DNA of 64,000 nucleotides from Macrostomum lignano (GCA_002269645.1 NIVC01000994.1:164828-228827), one strand, 5' to 3'. Numbered from the stretch's first letter, positions 14,301 through 28,237 are shown. Translations and numbers: made by a program. The notes: generated by a model from the sequence alone, not told the origin.

Positions 14301-16778
14301 CTGTCGCCCGTCTACGATTTCCGCCTGTCCGCGCCGCTAGAATTCCGGCCGCGTCGGCCGGCGACTCTCCGGCTCCCGCTGCCGCAGCCGCTGCCGCCGA
14401 GAGACGCCGCCGACTCTGTCGTTGTGGCCGTGCTCCGCCAGTCGGATGACTCAGCCTGGCGAGTCCTGCTCGAGCTGCCGCTATCCCATGCCGAGACCGT
14501 CGGCGCCGGGGTCGTGTCCGTCGACACCAGACGGCTGTCGGCAGCCTTCTGCCTGGCTGTCCTGCGGCCTGGCCTGCCCGCCGGCGGGCCGCAGCGGGTG
14601 GCCGCCTCAGTCCTGCCGTTGATTCGCGGCCTGGCCGAAGCCCCGCCTGGCCGGCTGCTGGCCTTCGTCGACTTGCGCTCGGCTGTCGGCTGGCGACTCT
14701 GCTTTCGCTGGCAGATGACCGGCGCCGCGGCTAACAGCGACGGAGACGGCGGCGGTGGCGGTAACTGGCAGGCAGTTGGCGGCTCTTCACCGATGCGTCT
14801 GCGAGAAGGCGCCACCTTCGCTGTCCGTCTGACTGGGCAGCTCCAGCTAAAGTCGGCCACCTCCGCCGCTGTCCAGTTCCGGCAGGCCTGTCCGAACTTG
14901 CCGGTTGTCATGGCAGTGAAACCGTCCGAGGCTGCTGCGGCGGAGGCGGCGGCAGCTGCGGCTGCGGAGTCCGGCAATGAAGAACCGAGGCCGCAACCCC
15001 AGCTGTTCCGGTGGGTTTCCTTGTGTTGATTTCTAAGGTTAATTTAAAAAATTTAGTTCTCCATGTTTGGGTAGTTTCCATTCCGAATTGTAGGTCTAGA
15101 ACTTCATGATTGAGTACATGTAGTGCTACAGAAACCACCGCATTCACTGCAGAGCCCAGCTGACAGTCGCAGACGAGTACAATTCGGTCGTGCTTTCAGC
15201 CGAGCTGTCCTACAATTTGGAAAGTCTCAGTCAACTACAGCAAGCTCTAACGGTCCCGGCGGAAGCGGCCTTGGAGAAGCAGCAGCCAGCGGCTGCACCT
15301 CCACCGCCATCGTCACCTGCAATTAAAAAGGCTGCAGCGTCGCAATCGCCGAAGTCTGCGGGATTGGGCTCGAGACCTGGTCGACTTTTGCCCAGGCAAC
15401 AGCCGGCAACCGAGGCGGCAGCCGTGAACAGTGAGGGCCTTGGGCGATTCTCTGGGCAGTTTACAGGCGATTCTCTGGGCAGTTTACAGGCGATTCTCTA
15501 GGCAGTTTACAGGCGATTCTCTGGGCAGTTTACAGGCGATTCTCTGGGCAGTTTACAGGCGATTCTCTGGGCAGTTTACAGGCGATTCTCTGGGCAGTTT
15601 ACAGGCGATTCTCTGGGCAGTTTACAGGCGATTCTCTGGGCAGTTTACAGGCGATTCTCTGGGCAGTTTACAGGCGATTCTCTGGGCAGTTTACAGGCGA
15701 TTCTCTGGGCAGTTTACAGGCGATTCTCTGGGCAGTTTACAGGCGATTCTCTGGGCAGTTTACAGGCGATTCTCTGGGCAGTTTACAGGCGATTCTCTGG
15801 GCAGTTTACAGGCGATTCTCTAGGCAGTTTACAGGCGATTCTCTGGGCAGTTTACAGGCGATTCTCTGGGCAGTTTACAGGCGATTCTCTGGGCAGTTTA
15901 CAGGCGATTCTCTGGGCAGTTTACAGGCGATTCTCTGGGCAGTTTACAGGCGATTCTCTGGGCAGTTTACAGGCGATTCTCTGGGCAGTTTACAGGCGAT
16001 TCTCTGGGCAGTTTACAGCGGCGATTCTCTGGGCAGTTTACAGCGGCGATTCTCTGGGCAGTTTACAGGCGATTCTCTGGGCAGTTTACAGGCGATTCTC
16101 CGGGCAGTTTACAGGCGATTCTCTGGGCAGTTTACAGGCGATTCTCTGGGCAGTTTACAGGCGATTCTCTGGGCAGTTTACAGGCGATTCTCTGGGCAGT
16201 TTACAGGCGATTCTCTGGGCAGTTTACAGGCGATTCTCTGGGCAGTTTACAGGCGATTCTCTGGGCAGTTTACAGGCGATTCTCTAGGCAGTTTACAGGC
16301 GATTCTCTGGGCAGTTTACAGGCGATTCTCTGGGCAGTTTAACAAGCCTGGGCCATTGGGACACAAGGCTGAAGCTCGACCCCGACAACTCAATTGTACA
16401 CCCTTTCTCCGGCATGCAGGAGATCGCGAGCCCAGGGTGTTGAGCGGCCGCAGTCTGCAGGCCCTCGCAGAGCATCTTCAGCAGCGCCAGCTCGGGCAGC
16501 ACCTGGCCCGGCTGCTCCACCTCCCGGATGCCACCGTCGCCGGCCTCGGATTCGACACAGCGGCGGCGGCAACCTCGCCGGCAACCGCGAGTCTCGCCTA
16601 CAAGGTGCTGCTGCAGTGGAAACGCTCGGTTGGGCGAACCACCACAGGCGCCGAGGTGGAGACGCTGGCGCTGGCGCTGGCGTCCACCGGAGAGCCGGGG
16701 CTGGCCGACACCGTCAGGAGGTGCCACGCGGCCAACCGCGAATTCGCAATGCCATCGGCTGCCGCGGTGCCCGCGTAG
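11323..16778 (+). CDS. DTHD1-like ZU5-ZU5-UPA-death domain protein (5' end unresolved)
   Basis: Phase-compatible GT-AG exons 11323-12028, 12930(or 12936)-13169, 14247-15010, 15132-15430/15458 and 16315/16322-16778. Segments LEALASPIYRL..PKPV, GVYLLTQRPQTESFLV..RVSVRVPRG, ALSPVYDF..RPATLRLP, LREGATFAVRLTGQ and a terminal death-like helical domain (LAYKVLLQWKRS..LADTV) align in order with DTHD1 as I recall it. Confidence 0.75.
12087..12880. repeat. 20-bp intronic tandem array, about 40 copies
   Basis: Unit GGAGGGAGTGCTGTCCTTAG, with 19-bp variants. Confidence 0.95.
13371..14030. repeat. Compound (GTGGCT)n microsatellite, intronic
   Basis: Degenerate TGTGGC/GGCTGT run between exons 13169 and 14247. 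Confidence 0.95.
15443..16340. repeat. 23-bp tandem array, about 39 copies, interrupting coding sequence
   Basis: Unit GGCGATTCTCTGGGCAGTTTACA; near-identical copies, a few CTCTAG variants and two 25-bp variants. Confidence 0.95.
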
Positions 16779-17152
16779 TTGGAGCAAGGATCAACTAGAA
16801 GTTGTTGTTGTATAAGCTGGACACGATGTAACACTCGTGTCAATACGCGTAGCTAGGGGAAACTTTTTAGGCCTTTTAGCTTAGCGAGACAAGAACTTTC
16901 CAGGAGTCTTGTACGAGCTAGCACATCTTTTGAAAAATCCGCTGAAGTTAGCGTTATCATTAGATCTTATATACACTAGATAGGCTACTCAGTGCCACCC
17001 AGCCAAACTATTGAGTCTATGAGAAGCTTTCTAAGAAGCTGTGATTTCAGCTAGTTTTCAGTAGTTAGTGCGCATATTTGTCAGTAGCTGAAATTAGCAT
17101 TAAATTATCTTTTTATTCAGCTGTGTCAGCGTATAGGATGCCTTTGAATAAC

Positions 17153-17852
<700 letters not shown>

Positions 17853-18039
17853 GTGTAAGATTATAATCAGGAGAGTGAGTTCAGAGAGAAAGAAATCGTC
17901 TGTTGGACAGCAGTGTATTTTTTCGGGGATCCTAAAGCTGTGGGGATGTGTTCGGCGGCCTTGGTGATAGGCTATTACCTGTTTGCGGCACCGCCCGGTA
18001 GTGCAATCGATCTCTTTCGGTTGCCTACAGCGACCCTGC

Positions 18040-18428
18040 CCTATAAGACATTAACTTGTTGATTCTTAGCAGATCTTGTCTATTGGGTTGCTGCGCAAGT
18101 ACTTGCAAAAACGTGCAAGATCTTTGCTATAATAATACTTAGGTAAACTTACCAGATCTGCGCGACTTGCTACGCTCGTACATCGTACAAGATCTTATCT
18201 TTTATATCTTTTTATAGCTTAGAATCGCATATTTTCTTAAATTTATTGTCCTATCTTGTCAAAAAAATAAAATATAGTTCAGCTAGAACACTTTAGCCAA
18301 ATGAATAACAAAACAAATGTACCTCCATCTTAGAAGATCCTGCAAGAACCTAGCAGATTGAGAAGATCTGCTAAGAATGGCACAGAGACAAGATCTGCTA
18401 AGTTTGAGAAACAGAATGTCCTCTAGGG
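18040..18428. mobile_element. Possible MITE
   Basis: Imperfect inverted ends CCCTATAAGACATT..CTTAGCAGATCTTGTCT versus AGACAAGATCTGCTAAG..AATGTCCTCTAGGG; no clear TSD. Confidence 0.35.
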
Positions 18429-19116
18429 TGCCTGAAGGGTAGTTTCAGTCAGTGGATGATGGTCTCTGAGGAGACAGGACCTGATCCAACTAAGATAACG
18501 GTGTGCTGGCCTTGCACGATCGGTTGAAGATAATTGCGCGCAGTCAAAGCAAGGGAAGTCAGCTAGCGTCTGCTCTGCTAAAGTTTTTGTCCATGTCCAT
18601 AGACTACTGACGATTAGTTTTCAGCAGTGATTTCCCATGGACTTCTATACTTAGCATCTAGATGGATTTCCCCACCCCCCGAGTCATTTTCTATATGCAT
18701 TAGCTGAATGGGGAGTGGCCTATCTAGTGTATATTAAGATCTATGGCGTTATCTAACTATGGAAAATCCTGCATTCAAATCGATAAACTGATGAAAGCCA
18801 CTGATCGGACCAAATACGAGCTACGTGTCAGCATCAGGTGATCGGCAAGGCCTACTAGCAGGTGAGAAATCTTCAATTAAGTGCGCCAGAATGTGATCTG
18901 TTCCATCTCGCTAACTGCTGCAGGATTTGTGTGCAAGCTCGAATGCGATTACACGCTCGTATAAATTATGTCACAGTACTAATAAATGAATATTTTCATA
19001 GCTTTCACCATATTATGAAGTGTTTTCCTTTGGTGTTTGTCTCGGTTGCTTCCGCCAGTGGCCGGGTCACTTTTAAGGTCGTTTAAGAATATTGATTGTA
19101 AAGGACGAGTGTTGGA

Positions 19117-19461
19117 CAGGGGCGTCGCCATGGATTTTATGGTGGGGGACAAAGCCAAGAATTCAACATGTACTGTTACATGTTCATGACTAAATTCATA
19201 CATTTCCATTATTTTGGGAATCGTGTTGTCAGCGCTCATTTTGGCGCCGCAGGCATTCGATCCTTGTAGCGCCGCAGGCACTCATTTTAGCGTTTTAGGC
19301 ACTCATTGTAGCGCCGCAGGCACTCATTTTGGCGCTATAACTTGGCGCCCTGAAGAAAAATTATTGATTACTACGAGTCACAAGATGGAGTAAGCATTGG
19401 CATGTCCTCCCATAGCTTTTATTGGGGGGGGGGTATGTCCCCCCCGGTGGCGAGGCGCCTG
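19117..19461. mobile_element. hAT-type MITE
   Basis: TIRs CAGGGGCGTCGCCA / TGGCGAGGCGCCTG (12 of 14 match); exact 8-bp TSD GTGTTGGA at 19109-19116 and 19462-19469. Confidence 0.9.
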
Positions 19462-20287
19462 GTGTTGGAATGCATGCGCTTAAGTAGTCCTTTTTGATTG
19501 ATAGCTCGCACTGTTACTGTCTGTTATTGCAACTAATTATGTACTCGTATTTTCGAAATCAACAAAAAAGACAACACTTTATTGTAACGCGCTACTTTAA
19601 GTAAGCAAAAAGAAAAATCCTATCAGAATGGGTTTAGCTCCAGTGCTTCCCATCAGAATTAATATCTCTTAAATTTATGATCTTGTTGCAGTCTCAGCGT
19701 GTTGCTGCACGAATCCCAATCATGATGCAGAATACTCTTTCAGAGTCTCCAAGATTATTCTATCTACTGTTAAAGCCATCAATCAATATTCATATCGATG
19801 CTATCAGTAAAGAATTCAAAACGCGACAACGCAATCAAAGAACTTGTTTGTCTTCAGTTTTTTCAGGCGAACAAAAAAGTAGCAAAGCTCACGGTCTCAC
19901 CGAATGGAATAAACTGATCAAAGCACACATAATATATATATTGCAGTTTAAGAAATGCATCACGCAGCAACAGATCGAGCAGAGCGCATGACCAAACTGG
20001 CCTACAAAAGAAAATTCTTCAAAGTTCAAGATTAAATGCCAGGCGATGGCTAGCTAAAAGGCAACAAATGCAAATCGCACACGGAGTGAAACAGGATATA
20101 ATAAACTCGCTATTTATGCAAAATAAAATCATCGCTACATCGAGACAATCGACTTAAAGTCTGAAAAAAACACTATATAAACACAGTGGCTATGATCAAA
20201 GAACACTTGCAGTGATATAGATTGAATCTCCTAGTCAATAAAAGTATGGTATAGAAAATTTCCGTATGTTTAGCTCCAGTACACCAG

Positions 20288-21430
20288 TCAGCAGGCAAGT
20301 GAGGCTCGCGGTCGGTACCTTTTAGCACTACCTGTCAGCACCAGCTGAAGACTGCCGCTCGCCGTTCGCTTTTTACTAGTCGGAGTCGGCGGCGGGCCGT
20401 CCTCGCCCTTCTTCTTCTCCCCCTCCTGCTGCGCCGTCCGACGCTGCCGCCAGCGCGACCGACGAAAGACGGGCGACGGATTGCGCTGATAAGCAGTGGC
20501 AGCGGCAGCGCTTCTAGAAGCCGGAAATATCGGCGACGGAATCTGCAGCAAAGCCGGAGCCGGCGAAATCTTCGTAGGTGGCAGCGGTGGTGGTGGCGGC
20601 GGCGGCGATAGAAATCCGGCATTATCACCAGAGTCGTCGCTGCTGAGATCGTCAATGTCGAAGCCGCCGATGCCGCCTCCACTATCCTCAACGTCGTGTT
20701 GATCGCAGCTGCCCACCACAGCTGTCTGAGTGACAAAGTCGGGAAAAGCGGCGGCCGCAGCAGCAGATTCGGCAACATCTTCACAGTCGTTCGGCCCGGG
20801 GGATGCACCGGGTCGTACGGGAGTCAAACAGCCAAAGCTCAGGCCCGATGTGCACAGCAGATCCGCTGGCCTGAGAAAGTCGACAATGTCATAAGAAGCA
20901 TCTATGCATGTTTAGGCCTAAGTTAAAACTATTTAGCATTTTTTAGCTATTTGGCACTTACTCTTCCATACTGTCATTCCTTAGTTGAGATTCCGGCTGA
21001 AATTGTTAAGACAATGCTTTTATATAACAATGTCCAAGATGAGGCATTACTGCTCATTCCGCCGACTCCCCTGAGCAGGCACACAAGCGCACGGATACGT
21101 ACATAGGCAGACCCAAGCCGAGATTCCAATCGAGCCCCAAATTAATGCGACTGCAATTGGAATCGAGCCTGGGCCGCTGGCACAGCTCCCCAACAAGCAA
21201 CCCTACCTGGCAGTACTGTGTGACAGGCGCCATTGACATTGGCAACTGGCTTGGCCAGCTCTGCCCGCAGGCAAACTGCACCGCTGTTGGCTCAGCTATA
21301 GCATTCTCATCCTCAACTGGGACACCTTCATCTGACCTGCTATCATTGTGCCAGCCGTCAGCGCATTCACTTTCTGCATCATCATTGTAGCTGGCAAACA
21401 ACTCAACTAGGGAGTCATTATTATCCAAGC
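20288..21430 (-). CDS. Putative exons of an unidentified low-complexity acidic/Pro-rich protein
   Basis: GC-rich open frames at 20288 to about 20903 and 21207-21430 with plausible splice sites. I could not join them in phase, and no domain is recognised. Confidence 0.4.
21043..21108. repeat. Short dispersed repeat (related copies at 31387-31476 and, inverted, 61621-61723)
   Basis: Shared GACTCCCCTGAGCAGGCA...AAGCGC. The two longer copies also share GGAGTGTACAGCGGCCC. Confidence 0.7.
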
Positions 21431-23070
21431 CTGTAGAGGACTGAAAACAATTTGGTAGCAACAGTAAAAATATGTATTTATCCCTGCATACTACCTATAA
21501 AATGATTAAAATTGTTTTTAATATAAAGTCATTTGTAAATGACTCCTTGGCTACAAAAAGGCTTACAAGTCTATTTGATTTTTCAAATGCATAAGTGTGT
21601 GCTTGTTTCTCTTAGCATGCAAGAATTCCAATAAGGTCCTTGACTTAGCTTAGTTGGGTAATAAACCAGCAGGGCCAAACACTTATACATTGGTGCAAAG
21701 GGTAATAGATGATGGCCTAAGTCAAATGGCTCCTGTAATTTGGTTGGCTCATTTAGCATAGGGTGAGCAGCTATGGTTTTGCCAAGAGAAATATTTATAG
21801 TTTATACAAGTATAAATCAAAGCATGCATATGTCCTTTAGGTCAATAAAAGAATCTTCTTACATTTATAATAATGTAGTAAAGTTGCATTTTAGCATATT
21901 TCAAATCAAAGTTTAGACATTAGGGACCCTTATAAAAATAGCTATGGTTTATTAAAAAATATTTTAAAATGACACTTACAACTTTTCTAAACTATAAATG
22001 TTAGGGCCAAAAAATTTTATTAAACAGATTTGAGTGCCTTAAGAAAACAATTTTGTTGTTATATGTAGATTATTAAGTTTATAGCACTTGCCCATATACT
22101 AGTAAACCAATTATAAAAGCCCTAATAGACCCAAGCTTTACTTTAAAATTTTATATAGTAAAAAAATATCTTGCAAATAATCCCTAGAGTTTTATCTCCT
22201 ATTCTTTGTAATATAGGCTATTTTTCAATTTCTAATTTATTAAATTATGTGGTATAAGTTTTTGCTTGATTTAAGCTGATAAATTATTAATAAATATGGA
22301 ATTGTATTTAAATTTATTTGTTAAAAAGCTGCTTTAAGTGACTTTATGACTTTTAGTGACTTTTCAACATATAACTATTTAAAGTTGCCAAAAGATAGTC
22401 TATAAATGAAGTATTGAATGCAACATATTAAGACAAGTGAGTTTTTGAACAAAATAGAAAGGTCTAAATGATAAAATAGTTGATATCATGCAATTAGTGG
22501 CAGATCCAGGGTGAGGATAAAGAGGATAGCCACCCTATACCCCCCCTTTTGCCATAGCTAAACTTGCAAATAAAGAGGGAGTATTACAATTTTGGGCTTA
22601 TTTGGGCCTTATTTTAACCTAGGGCTCTTTATTTTACTTTATTTTATATCTTGGGTTCTTAGCACTTTTTTAAATTGAGACTTGCTCAAGAAAAAAGTCA
22701 AAATCAAAAATATCTTGCAAGATTAAGATCTTGTCTGAGCTCTAAATTGGAAATATCAAACTATTTACAAAATATATTAAAAAACGACAGACGCCATGCA
22801 TTAAATTGCATACATTAAGCAATATACTATAGCCTGGGCTATATAGTCTAAACAGCTATTTTTGTTTATATTTAATAACTAATCGTTCAAGCATTCATTA
22901 CATAAATAGCAGATAAAAAACAAAATATCCAATTAAAGAAAAAGTCATCCTTTAAACAGTCCCAGCTGGCCAGCCATACAGGTCGATCGGACGCATTTGT
23001 TTCCCCATTGATATTCGCATTGATATTCGAATTTTAACAAAAGCAAAATACTAAAAGCAACCCGTAGCAT

Positions 23071-25210
23071 GAAACTTTACACAGAGTAAACTGCAACTGT
23101 GAAACGACTATTGGTCAAGTTTCAGCTCGATATGTAACTTTGGCTCTGAGCAGGAGCGATTTTCGATGTGTTCCATTTAAAATACATGTGATTCCAAAAT
23201 TCATATTGATATTCGAGTACAGGTACTTCTGCTTCACTGATCTTGACGAAACTTTACACAGAGTAAACTGCAACTGTGAAACGACTATTGGTCAAGTTTC
23301 AGCTCGATATGTAACTTTGGCTCTGAGCAGGAGCGATTTTCGATGTGTTCCATTTAAAATACATGTGATTCCAAAATTCATATTGATATTCGAGTACAGG
23401 TACTTCTGCTTCACTGATCTTGACGAAACTTTACACAGAGTAAACTGCAACCGTGAAACGACTATTGGTCAAGTTTCAGCTCGATATGTAACTTTGGCTC
23501 TGAGCAGGAGCGATTTTCGATGTGTTCCATTTAAAATACATGTGATTCCAAAATTCATATTGATATTCGAGTACAGGTACTTCTGCTTCACTGATCTTGA
23601 CGAAACTTTACACAGAGTAAACTGCAACTGTGAAACGACTATTGGTCAAGTTTCAGCTCGATATGTAACTTTGGCTCTGAGCAGGAGCGATTTTCGATGT
23701 GTTCCATTTAAAATACATGTGATTCCAAAATTCATATTGATATTCGAGTACAGGTACTTCTGCTTCACTGATCTTGACGAAACTTTACACAGAGTAAACT
23801 GCAACTGTGAAACGACTATTGGTCAAGTTTCAGCTCGATATGTAACTTTGGCTCTGAGCAGGAGCGATTTTCGATGTGTTCCATTTAAAATACATGTGAT
23901 TCCAAAATTCATATTGATATTCGAGTACAGGTACTTCTGCTTCACTGATCTTGACGAAACTTTACACAGAGTAAACTGCAACTGTGAAACGACTATTGGT
24001 CAAGTTTCAGCTCGATATGTAACTTTGGCTCTGAGCAGGAGCGATTTTCGATGTGTTCCATTTAAAATACATGTGATTCCAAAATTCATATTGATATTCG
24101 AGTACAGGTACTTCTGCTTCACTGATCTTGACGAAACTTTACACAGAGTAAACTGCAACTGTGAAACGACTATTGGTCAAGTTTCAGCTCGATATGTAAC
24201 TTTGGCTCTGAGCAGGAGCGATTTTCGATGTGTTCCATTTAAAATACATGTGATTCCAAAATTCATATTGATATTCGAGTACAGGTACTTCTGCTTCACT
24301 GATCTTGACGAAACTTTACACAGAGTAAACTGCAACCGTGAAACGACTATTGGTCAAGTTTCAGCTCGATATGTAACTTTGGCTCTGAGCAGGAGCGATT
24401 TTCGATGTGTTCCATTTAAAATACATGTGATTCCAAAATTCATATTGATATTCGAGTACAGGTACTTCTGCTTCACTGATCTTGACGAAACTTTACACAG
24501 AGTAAACTGCAACTGTGAAACGACTATTGGTCAAGTTTCAGCTCGATATGTAACTTTGGCTCTGAGCAGGAGCGATTTTCGATGTGTTCCATTTAAAATA
24601 CATGTGATTCCAAAATTCATATTGATATTCGAGTACAGGTACTTCTGCTTCACTGATCTTGACGAAACTTTACACAGAGTAAACTGCAACTGTGAAACGA
24701 CTATTGGTCAAGTTTCAGCTCGATATGTAACTTTGGCTCTGAGCAGGAGCGATTTTCGATGTGTTCCATTTAAAATACATGTGATTCCAAAATTCATATT
24801 GATATTCGAGTACAGGTACTTCTGCTTCACTGATCTTGACGAAACTTTACACAGAGTAAACTGCAACTGTGAAACGACTATTGGTCAAGTTTCAGCTCGA
24901 TATGTAACTTTGGCTCTGAGCAGGAGCGATTTTCGATGTGTTCCATTTAAAATACATGTGATTCCAAAATTCATATTGATATTCGAGTACAGGTACTTCT
25001 GCTTCACTGATCTTGACGAAACTTTACACAGAGTAAACTGCAACCGTGAAACGACTATTGGTCAAGTTTCAGCTCGATATGTAACTTTGGCTCTGAGCAG
25101 GAGCGATTTTCGATGTGTTCCATTTAAAATACATGTGATTCCAAAATTCATATTGATATTCGAGTACAGGTACTTCTGCTTCACTGATCTTGACGAAACT
25201 TTACACAGAG
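23071..25210 (+). repeat. 177-bp tandem array, 12 full copies (left arm)
   Basis: GAAACTTTACACAGAG at 23071 and 25195 (12 x 177). A T>C variant recurs at 23451, 24336 and 25044. Confidence 0.97.
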
Positions 25211-27376
25211 CAGGCCAGCGTGCGCCGCGTCGACTTGAGCCTCGAGCGAGTCTATCAGCGTCCAGGTCTCGGCGTTGTATAACAGGACGGTCTCGATCAC
25301 CGCCTGGAACAGCGCCGCCCTCTGGCGGTCCGGTAGGGCCTCGGACTGCAGGACTGACCTTATAGAACGAAAGGCAGCCCAGGCAAGTCCTCGGCGACGC
25401 CGCAGATCCTCGCGGACGTCGGGAACCAGACCGCCGAGGTAGACGAACTGCTGACATCTTGGAAGCTCACTCGCCTGTCCGTCAGCGCCTCGGCAGAAGA
25501 TTGCAGCCTCGGTGTCGTCCGGCACGCATAGCACGACGGTCTTCTGCGTGTTGACCACCAGGCCGACGCTCGCCGCAACGGCAACCAGTCTGTCCAGCTG
25601 TCGTTGGGCGCCCTCGACGGTCGAGGACAGCAGGGCGAGGTCATCGGCGTAGCCAAGCACGCTGAGCCGTCTCTCCGGTTGGCGTCGACCCACGCGTCGC
25701 CGCAGCAGGAAGCCGTCGTCGTTGGAAGGCAGAGCAGTCCGTAGCACCCAGTCAAGCACCAGAATAAATAGGAACGGCGCTAGCGTATCTCCCTGGAGCA
25801 CCCCGGAGGATGTCTCGAAGAAATCCGATAGGCCGTCCGGTGTTGAGACAGCAGCCGTCGTGCCGTGGTATAGCGCCATGACAGCAGAAATCAGCAGGTC
25901 TGGCACGTTGTACGCACGGAGCACCTCTGGGAGCGCGTCCCTCACGACCGAGTCGAAGGCCTTCCTGAAATCGACGAAGATCAGGATCAGGGTCAACTGG
26001 CGGATGCGCGCCTCCTCGATGACTCGCCGAAGAGCCAGGATCTGCGTCACTGTGCTGCGATGGGGCCGGAATCCGTTCTGCTCAGGCCACAGGTACGGGT
26101 CCAGCACAGTCTGTAACCGCGATAGCAGCATGCGGTTGAACAGCTTCGCGGCGCAGGACTGTAGGCAGATGCCTCGATGCTCCTCGAGCTTGGTGGTGCC
26201 CGGCTTCTTTGAAATGGCGACGATGTGCGCCGTGGTCCATTCGTTTGGCGCCACCTCACCGGAAAGCACGCGGTTCATCACTCTGGCGACCTCAGTGGCC
26301 ACGCAGTGGATCCGCAGCGCCTCGGTGGGCACCTCGTCCAGACCAAGCGCTTTGCCGCCCGGCGACTGCCGAGCGAACTTCACAACGTCGGCTGTGCTGA
26401 CTGGGGCAACGTTGAAGCTCTCCTCCGCTGCAACGGCGTCTCCGGCGGCAGCCTCAGATTTTCTGGAAGCGGAGGGGGCGGCGCGTTGACAATGGCGGCG
26501 AAGAACTCGCGCAGCTCGTTCCTGCGCTCATCCGGAATGTCGCCTGCCTGGTTGAGCGCGATGCGCCGCTTTCGCCCCGTCAGAGTGTTGATGACGGACC
26601 AGGCCACGCGCCCTCTGGCATCGGGCCCTGCGGCAGAGACGGCTTGGATGGCGTCATCGACAGCGGACTGCTGCCGCTGCAGTTAGACAGCTGCCAGAGC
26701 CTCCTCCGCCTCGCCAGTTTGCCGCCCACTCAGACGGAGCCTCTCCAGATCTTCCCTCGCTTCGTCGATCGCGGGGTCGTCCTGCCAGACCGGCTGCCCG
26801 CGCTGGGCCGGTCGCATCAGCGGGACTGCTTGCTCCGCAGCGGCTCGAACTGCAGCGCTCACCTCCGCGTACTCGGCTCCTCCACGCTTGTCGCCCAGCG
26901 CAGTGACAAAGGCACCGGCAAAGCGACGCCGCGTCTCGGCGTCCCTGAGCGCGCGGTAGTAGCCCCGCGGTGGCCGCTTTGGCGGACGGTAGAGCGGGTC
27001 CCGAAGCCGAAGGTCGCAGATGAGCAGCCGATGGTCGGACCGCAGAGCCAGCGGCGTAATGGTGCGGCAGTTAGTGACGCGGCGGCGCTCACGAAAGCGC
27101 ACAAGCACGTGGTCGAGCTGTGCCAGCCTCCGCGTAGCGTTCCGGCCGCGCGCGTTCCTCCGCCTCCGCTTGCAGCCCACGAAGGTCGCGAGCCTGCCCG
27201 GTGACTTGCGGAATCTGGTGTTGGCCGACACCATGTCCTGTCTCTCCAGGAAGTTCTCTAGCGCTCCGGTGTTGCCGTTCTCGCGCGCTGTCACAAACAG
27301 CGATCGCTCGGACCTACGCAGAACTGCGTTCAGTTTCCGAGAATGACCACTGTGTCACGTTGCGCCATCTCCTCCA
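25209..27376 (-). pseudogene. RTE-clade non-LTR retrotransposon internal fragment (partial AP endonuclease plus reverse transcriptase)
   Basis: Endonuclease motifs VVILG(D)LNA (broken), QLDHVLV and SDHRLL; RT motifs QNGFRP, FVDFRKAFDSV, GVLQGDTLAPFLF, GYADD and FVYLG. Premature stop at 26683, frameshifts near 26440 and 27330, truncated at both ends, no 3' tail. Confidence 0.9.
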
Positions 27377-27377
27377 C

Positions 27378-28237
27378 CTGTACTCGAATATCAATACGAA
27401 TTTTGGAATCACATGTATTTTAAATGGAACACATCGAAAATCGCTCCTGCTCAGAGCCAAAGTTACATATCGAGCTGAAACTTGACCAATAGTCGTTTCA
27501 CAGTTGCAGTTTACTCTGTGTAAAGTTTCGTCAAGATCAGTGAAGCAGAAGTACCTGTACTCGAATATCAATATGAATTTTGGAATCACATGTATTTTAA
27601 ATGGAACACATCGAAAATCGCTCCTGCTCAGAGCCAAAGTTACATATCGAGCTGAAACTTGACCAATAGTCGTTTCACAGTTGCAGTTTACTCTGTGTAA
27701 AGTTTCGTCAAGATCAGTGAAGCAGAAGTACCTGTACTCGAATATCAATATGAATTTTGGAATCACATGTATTTTAAATGGAACACATCGAAAATCGCTC
27801 CTGCTCAGAGCCAAAGTTACATATCGAGCTGAAACTTGACCAATAGTCGTTTCACAGTTGCAGTTTACTCTGTGTAAAGTTTCGTCAAGATCAGTGAAGC
27901 AGAAGTACCTGTACTCGAATATCAATATGAATTTTGGAATCACATGTATTTTAAATGGAACACATCGAAAATCGCTCCTGCTCAGAGCCAAAGTTACATA
28001 TCGAGCTGAAACTTGACCAATAGTCGTTTCACAGTTGCAGTTTACTCTGTGTAAAGTTTCGTCAAGATCAGTGAAGCAGAAGTACCTGTACTCGAATATC
28101 AATATGAATTTTGGAATCACATGTATTTTAAATGGAACACATCGAAAATCGCTCCTGCTCAGAGCCAAAGTTACATATCGAGCTGAAACTTGACCAATAG
28201 TCGTTTCACAGTTGCAGTTTACTCTGTGTAAAGTTTC
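27378..28237 (-). repeat. 177-bp tandem array, about 4.9 copies, inverted (right arm)
   Basis: Reverse complement of the left-arm unit. Confidence 0.97.

Noticed and set aside
23140-25365. 741-aa (and 284-aa at 27314-28168) repeat proteins, or an array-RTE fusion protein
   Set aside because: These are a by-product of a 177-bp unit (divisible by 3) lacking stops in one frame. The array frame is not the RTE frame at the right junction and is antisense to RTE at the left.
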